Assembly: GCA_964016885.1 (NCBI GenBank)
Contig: OZ024740.1
Coordinates: forward strand, 118,048,001-118,112,000
Source: Eledone cirrhosa
Lineage: Eukaryota
Direction of reading: 5' to 3'
DNA length: 64,000 nucleotides
Below the pieces are notes generated by a model, which was not told the DNA's origin, did no database searches, and was given only the letters and a program-made list of their open reading frames with translations. Positions 58,915 to 64,000 of this stretch are shown in pieces (the stretch's first letter is position 1; each line of letters starts with the position of its first letter). The translations under genes were made by a program, and so were the position numbers.

Positions 58915-58966
58915 ATATGCCTTGATAAGTCCCACCATGGGGTCGGACGAAACGGCTGTCGGCAAT
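58915..58966 (+). ncRNA. Hammerhead ribozyme, U3-A8 core variant
   Basis: TGCC-TTGATAA-GTCC(c-acc-atgg-ggt-c)GGAC-GAAA-CGGCTG-TC/GGCA. Confidence 0.78.
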
Positions 58967-61900
58967 AAACTTGTTATAATGTCATAATAGTTCCTTTGTT
59001 CTTTTTCACTAATATTTCTGCTCTGCGTATACGCATAGAGCTTAACTAGCTACCGTCACATATTTGGTAAGTCAGACGTGATCATCGCGATTCACATACG
59101 TCCTACCATACATCTTACTTATATATATATATATATATAATTTTGAAAACCATACAATGTATTAGAAAGAAATTCAAGATTGCTAAGATAACAAAGAATC
59201 TTACCTTAGCATATTTGATTATCAAATTTGGTAAGGTAAGCTTCCTTGTTACCTTAGCAATCGTGATTTTCTTTCTAATGCATTGTATGGATTTCAAAAT
59301 TATTTAAATTTGTGTTTCCTATTCAACAATGCTTCAAGCAAATTACAACTCTCTGATATATATATATTTATATCGTCTCTTTATTTCAATGCTTCAGTGA
59401 GTTAGATATTCATATCGCTGCTTTCAACGTATCAAAGAACAACTACTTTTTATCTTCAGGCTTGATTTTCTACTGATACTGACATGTTTGTCATAATTTT
59501 CCAACAATAAGTTGCACTTATGTTGTACACTTCTCATGATTCTGTAAGTACACATGTGCAAGTAGTACGCAGTAGCTGAATAAAAAAAAAACGAAATGTG
59601 AACTAAAGAATGAATGATGACAATTTCTCAGTGAAAGTGAGTGCTGGTACATGTATTTGTAGTTTATTTTGGAAAAGGTGAAGTTTTGGGAGAAGATAAT
59701 TCCAGTGTAAATACTCAAACTAAAATAGCATATACAATAACACAAACACTAAAAAAGATAAGGTATTGATATAAACTTAACTATGCATATGCATTAAATT
59801 ATACTGCTGTAATTATATATTCGTGTATAGGATGCAAGGAAATTTAGGTACGAAATTTCTGGTTAAAAAGATGCACTCCATGTATTGGAAACTATGTTAA
59901 ATCATCCATCAAGTAAATATGGCACAGGTATGCCACAAAATATAGTACCCATTTTACTAAAGAAATTCACTTCAAATTGCCATAACTACAATAATATAAT
60001 TGACATTTATTTGTCTAAGTGGATAAATGATTTGAGTAAAACTAGTGTAGCTATTGTAGTGATTTTACCCTGCAAATGACGAATATGTTTTAATTAACAA
60101 ACGAAGTACTAATATAATGTGACATCCACTCATCAACTTACAAATTCAGGAGACTATGATTAAATAATTTGCCTTTGTTTTCATAGGAATTCACTCAATT
60201 TAAGACCATAAGTGTGTTAATAATTAATTGTTGGAAACATAAGAAATATTTAGAAAGCTGTTAATTTACCCTGGACTTAGAAATATGTTTAACTGAAAAC
60301 AAATCATAATGATTTAAGACAACAGAGAATATAAGAATTCAGTTCGACAAACTAACATTAACAAAACAAATGCAACAACCAGCTTCCTGAAATTTAATTC
60401 GTGTGTTTTTGTAAGTTTTTTATAATTTAATATCAAAATAGGATAAGCTCATATGTAAACGTCTCATTATTTTATGTCAACTTGACTAAATATTTCTTTG
60501 TGAAAGTAAAAATATATATAGAGCATTGACTCGATATCTGTTCAGGCAAACTAATCTAGCTACTTATACAAGATCATTGAAATAAACACCAGTAATATAG
60601 CGGTATATATGAGCAGAATGGTTGAAATGATGTTTACATATACATCCAGTATAGGGTCAACATTTTAAGTATATCAGTATGTGATAGATGATTCTGTACT
60701 TAAAAATATGATTTAACAACCTATTTTGGGATAGTTATATTATACTATCAAATCTTGTTTTAAATACCTCTGGTTTTGACAGTTTATATGATACATTGTG
60801 TAACTCATTACTTGATACCTAAATATCAACAAACAAGAATGATGACATCATATTTCTGGTAATTTGTCAATGTCACAAAACAACAACAATTAAACTATAA
60901 ATATATTTCGAAATAATACGTGAATAAATAAATTTTAAGCTGAATGAAAAAAGTTATGTATTTATGTTGTTGGTAGACGATGAGAGCAAGTAGTAAATGA
61001 GAAGACAAGATAGTGAACATTTCACAATGACAATACAAAATAATCAATATTGTACAGCAATTGCCTAGTAGACCGGTTTAACCTTATGAGAAAAATCTCC
61101 CCCGAGACTTCTCTAGAATTCCCCAAACTAAACTTATCCATAGATAATTACTTTCTAATGATGTATGAGTCATGTATGGTTCAGAGAATTTTGACACAAG
61201 CTCTGGTCACAAAATCAATTCCTGTCTGACCAAATATATGGCAGTTATTTTTTATACATATTTTCTTTCAACATTACATACTGCCTGTTTCATATTCTTT
61301 AAAATACTATTAACTCTAGGTCAAAATAGCACTACTGCCTGGTTTACAAAATTCTCAATTTACCCATGCCTTACCAAGGCAAAAGACTATATAAGTTTAG
61401 ACGAGTAACATGAGACTGTAATATTTATTATTGTCCTATGAACATTAGCAGTTTAAATGAAATAAATCTGTATTTATTTGAAATCAAAACTTGCCTGTTA
61501 GCTTTTTATAAGAAGAGTTTACTGATCATGTTATTGTGTTCATCATCACCCTTAATATATTAACCATATATTAAAGAGTATCTGACCTGTAATTATAAAC
61601 AATTGTTTTCATGGAAATTCTAAATAAATATTCAACCATTGGTATATAGAAGAATAGCTTTATTAATTTCCAAGTGAGTATATTTGCTTTTTTATATTAG
61701 TGATGCATAATAACCAAACAACGTAATTATTCATGAGATACTATAGCCATGTTGAGGTATTGTGCGTGACCTGCTAGAAATAGCAACCAATTCACCATCA
61801 GTTGCACTTTACAAAAATCACACATTACTTTACAATCCTCCAACTAATAAGGCAAATGTCTATAAAAAATAATAAAAGGACACCTAGATTCATGAACATG

Positions 61901-62640
61901 TGCGAATACTTGCACAATTAAAACCAATGACACCTTTGTCGGTCTGGGTTGAAAAAAATGAATTTAGAATGTAGAGAATAGATGTGTTAAAAATGTATTA
62001 TTACAGTATGAAAGGGTTGGCGAAATGATATAATATTGGTATTTTCTATCACGGAGTATACATTTAAATACTCCATGTTTTACTTACTGTAAAAGCTATG
62101 ACGTTAAGTCTAACATACTTGTATGATAGTATAATAATTATAAGTTCAAGAGTTGAATTCCTGTTCAAAAGTTGAAGCCTGGCTACAACAAATGAGCTGT
62201 AAATCTAGACAAAGTATACGACCTTGATTATCTCAGTCTGTTTAGTTCAAATCAGTTATTGTTTATACTGATTATCATGAAAATGTAAAAACAACTGCAC
62301 TAGCTATATGTAAGTAGATATGTGTGCGTGTGGGTTTGAGTGTGTGTGTTAAAGAGAGTAGACATTACAACTGTTTGTGAAAAGGTAGCTGAACCAGAAA
62401 TGCTGCCAGTTGGGTTACAAAGGTTACCATTCAGTTAACGATTATGAGTTCCATATTCAGTTGAGGTTCTCTGACAAAAGAACGAGGAAGGTTTACAATA
62501 GTAGCTGCCTCAAAGAAAAGAAAATATAACCTTCCAGGAAATCATAAGGCATTATTACTCACGTGCACAGGTGCAAAACTTCGTAATCGAGTATTACCCC
62601 TCGCTCGCACACAACACAAAAACTAAGAGCAATAATGAAA

Positions 62641-62833
62641 TAATTGTTTCTACTTTTTGGCACAAGGCCAGCACTTATCCCAGTACATTACTGGTACTTT
62701 ATTTTATCGACCCCGTAAGGATGAAAGGCAAAGTTAACCTCGGCGGGAATTGAACTCAGATCGTAAAGGGACGTAACTATGCTGGAAAGCATAATCCAAC
62801 TCTCTACCGATACTGCCAATTCACCGCCCTAAT
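62641..62833 (-). mobile_element. Full-length tRNA-derived SINE with 17-bp TSD
   Basis: Same family as 9040-9228. gagcaataatgaaataa occurs at 62627-62643 and 62834-62850. Confidence 0.95.
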
Positions 62834-63857
62834 GAGCAATAATGAAATAAGAAATCTAAATGTAATACTGGTTTTACACCAAACAAAAACACTATTGAAC
62901 AAATGAAGCTTAAATATTAACATCTCTTTCTTCAGAAACGGTACCGCTACGTTGAAAACTCATACTGAGAACGAACTTCTAACCAGTCTATTGCAAATAC
63001 AATTTGAGTCATCGAAACGTATATCAATTGTATGGGATTCTATTGGGAATTTGACTGTATAAACAAAGCAGTCTCGGGAATTCGACTGTGTGAACATGGC
63101 AGTCTCTATTAAGACTAAATTCATTCGTTAATGATATCATATTACAACAATATAATGCCTATGTTCGTATTGTTTCTTACATCAATAATAAATGAGAGAA
63201 CTCTTCAATCCTAATACTGGGTAAGACATATTTTAATATTTGGTAATTTATTTCTCGTAGAAATGTATACATTTCTACGAGAAAATCTGAAGGGTATTGT
63301 CAGGAAAAATACCTCTCGCAGATTTGCTGATGCAGGAGTTTCTGTGTTCGACTTTGTTGAAGCCGCTAAAACTTTTAATGATAAACACTTAAGAGACTAA
63401 AATAAAGACACAAGTTATAAAACTCCATCTGCAAAAATGGGTCTAATCACTAATTAATTAAAACCAAAGTAATGTTTGTTGATAACTTGAATATCACACA
63501 ATACAATATAACGCCACAGAAGGTAAAATTGATATTGTTACGCAGTCTATATTATCCATGAAATGACTGGGCGGATAAAAGAAATGTTTCTAGACAGTCG
63601 TGTGACATAACATATGTAAAAGTGCGCAAATATTATGTTATTTCAAATCGTTTAGTGAATAATAGCATTGAATTGCAACTTTTCAAAGTAAGATATGCAG
63701 TGAAACAGCTCTGTTGCATAGTAGAGAAATTTAGAAAATATGGGAAACATTAGCTGAAGAGATAAACGCTGAGTATCATTCTCTTTTAAGATTTACGGTT
63801 TCCAGGACAGAAAAAACCCCGGCTAAATCCAACATTAGGACCGAAAAGATTAATTCT

Positions 63858-63872
63858 GTATATATATATATG

Positions 63873-63924
<52 letters not shown>
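63858..63924. repeat. (TA)n microsatellite
   Basis: Seen directly. Confidence 0.95.
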
Positions 63925-64000
63925 AAGAATTAATATTTAGTAACATATATATAAATACAGATGCATATCAATGCTAGCAAATATATAGGTTTTGTCTTAG

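Noticed and set aside
59300-64000. Host exons or short ORFs
   Set aside because: ORFs are under 80 aa with no recognisable motifs. Small exons cannot be excluded without RNA-seq.

Overview
AT-rich, repeat-dense animal genomic DNA. The SINE, microsatellite and Penelope-like content resembles an octopus or other cephalopod, which is an inference. I can support no host protein-coding gene. Content: a near-full-length but mutated Tx1/L1-clade LINE (1-4700, minus), R4/Dong, CRE-like, RTE and hAT relics, several Penelope-like element (PLE) fragments, a deleted Gypsy-type LTR element with a tRNA-Trp primer-binding site, many tRNA-derived SINEs, long (TA)n tracts and repeated fold-back inversions. 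The main result is a ~16 kb tandem array (32071-48418) of a ~431-bp monomer. Each monomer carries a minimal type I hammerhead ribozyme (HHR) motif on the minus strand, about 35 motifs by eye and roughly three-quarters with an intact core. A diverged 466-bp relative sits beside it in the opposite orientation (30743-31611), with another copy at 9864-10198. The two subfamilies share collinear RNA helices with compensatory changes and a conserved octamer motif. This looks like a self-cleaving satellite or non-LTR retrozyme family, probably mobilised by PLEs. All alignments and folds were done by eye, so expression and cleavage are untested.
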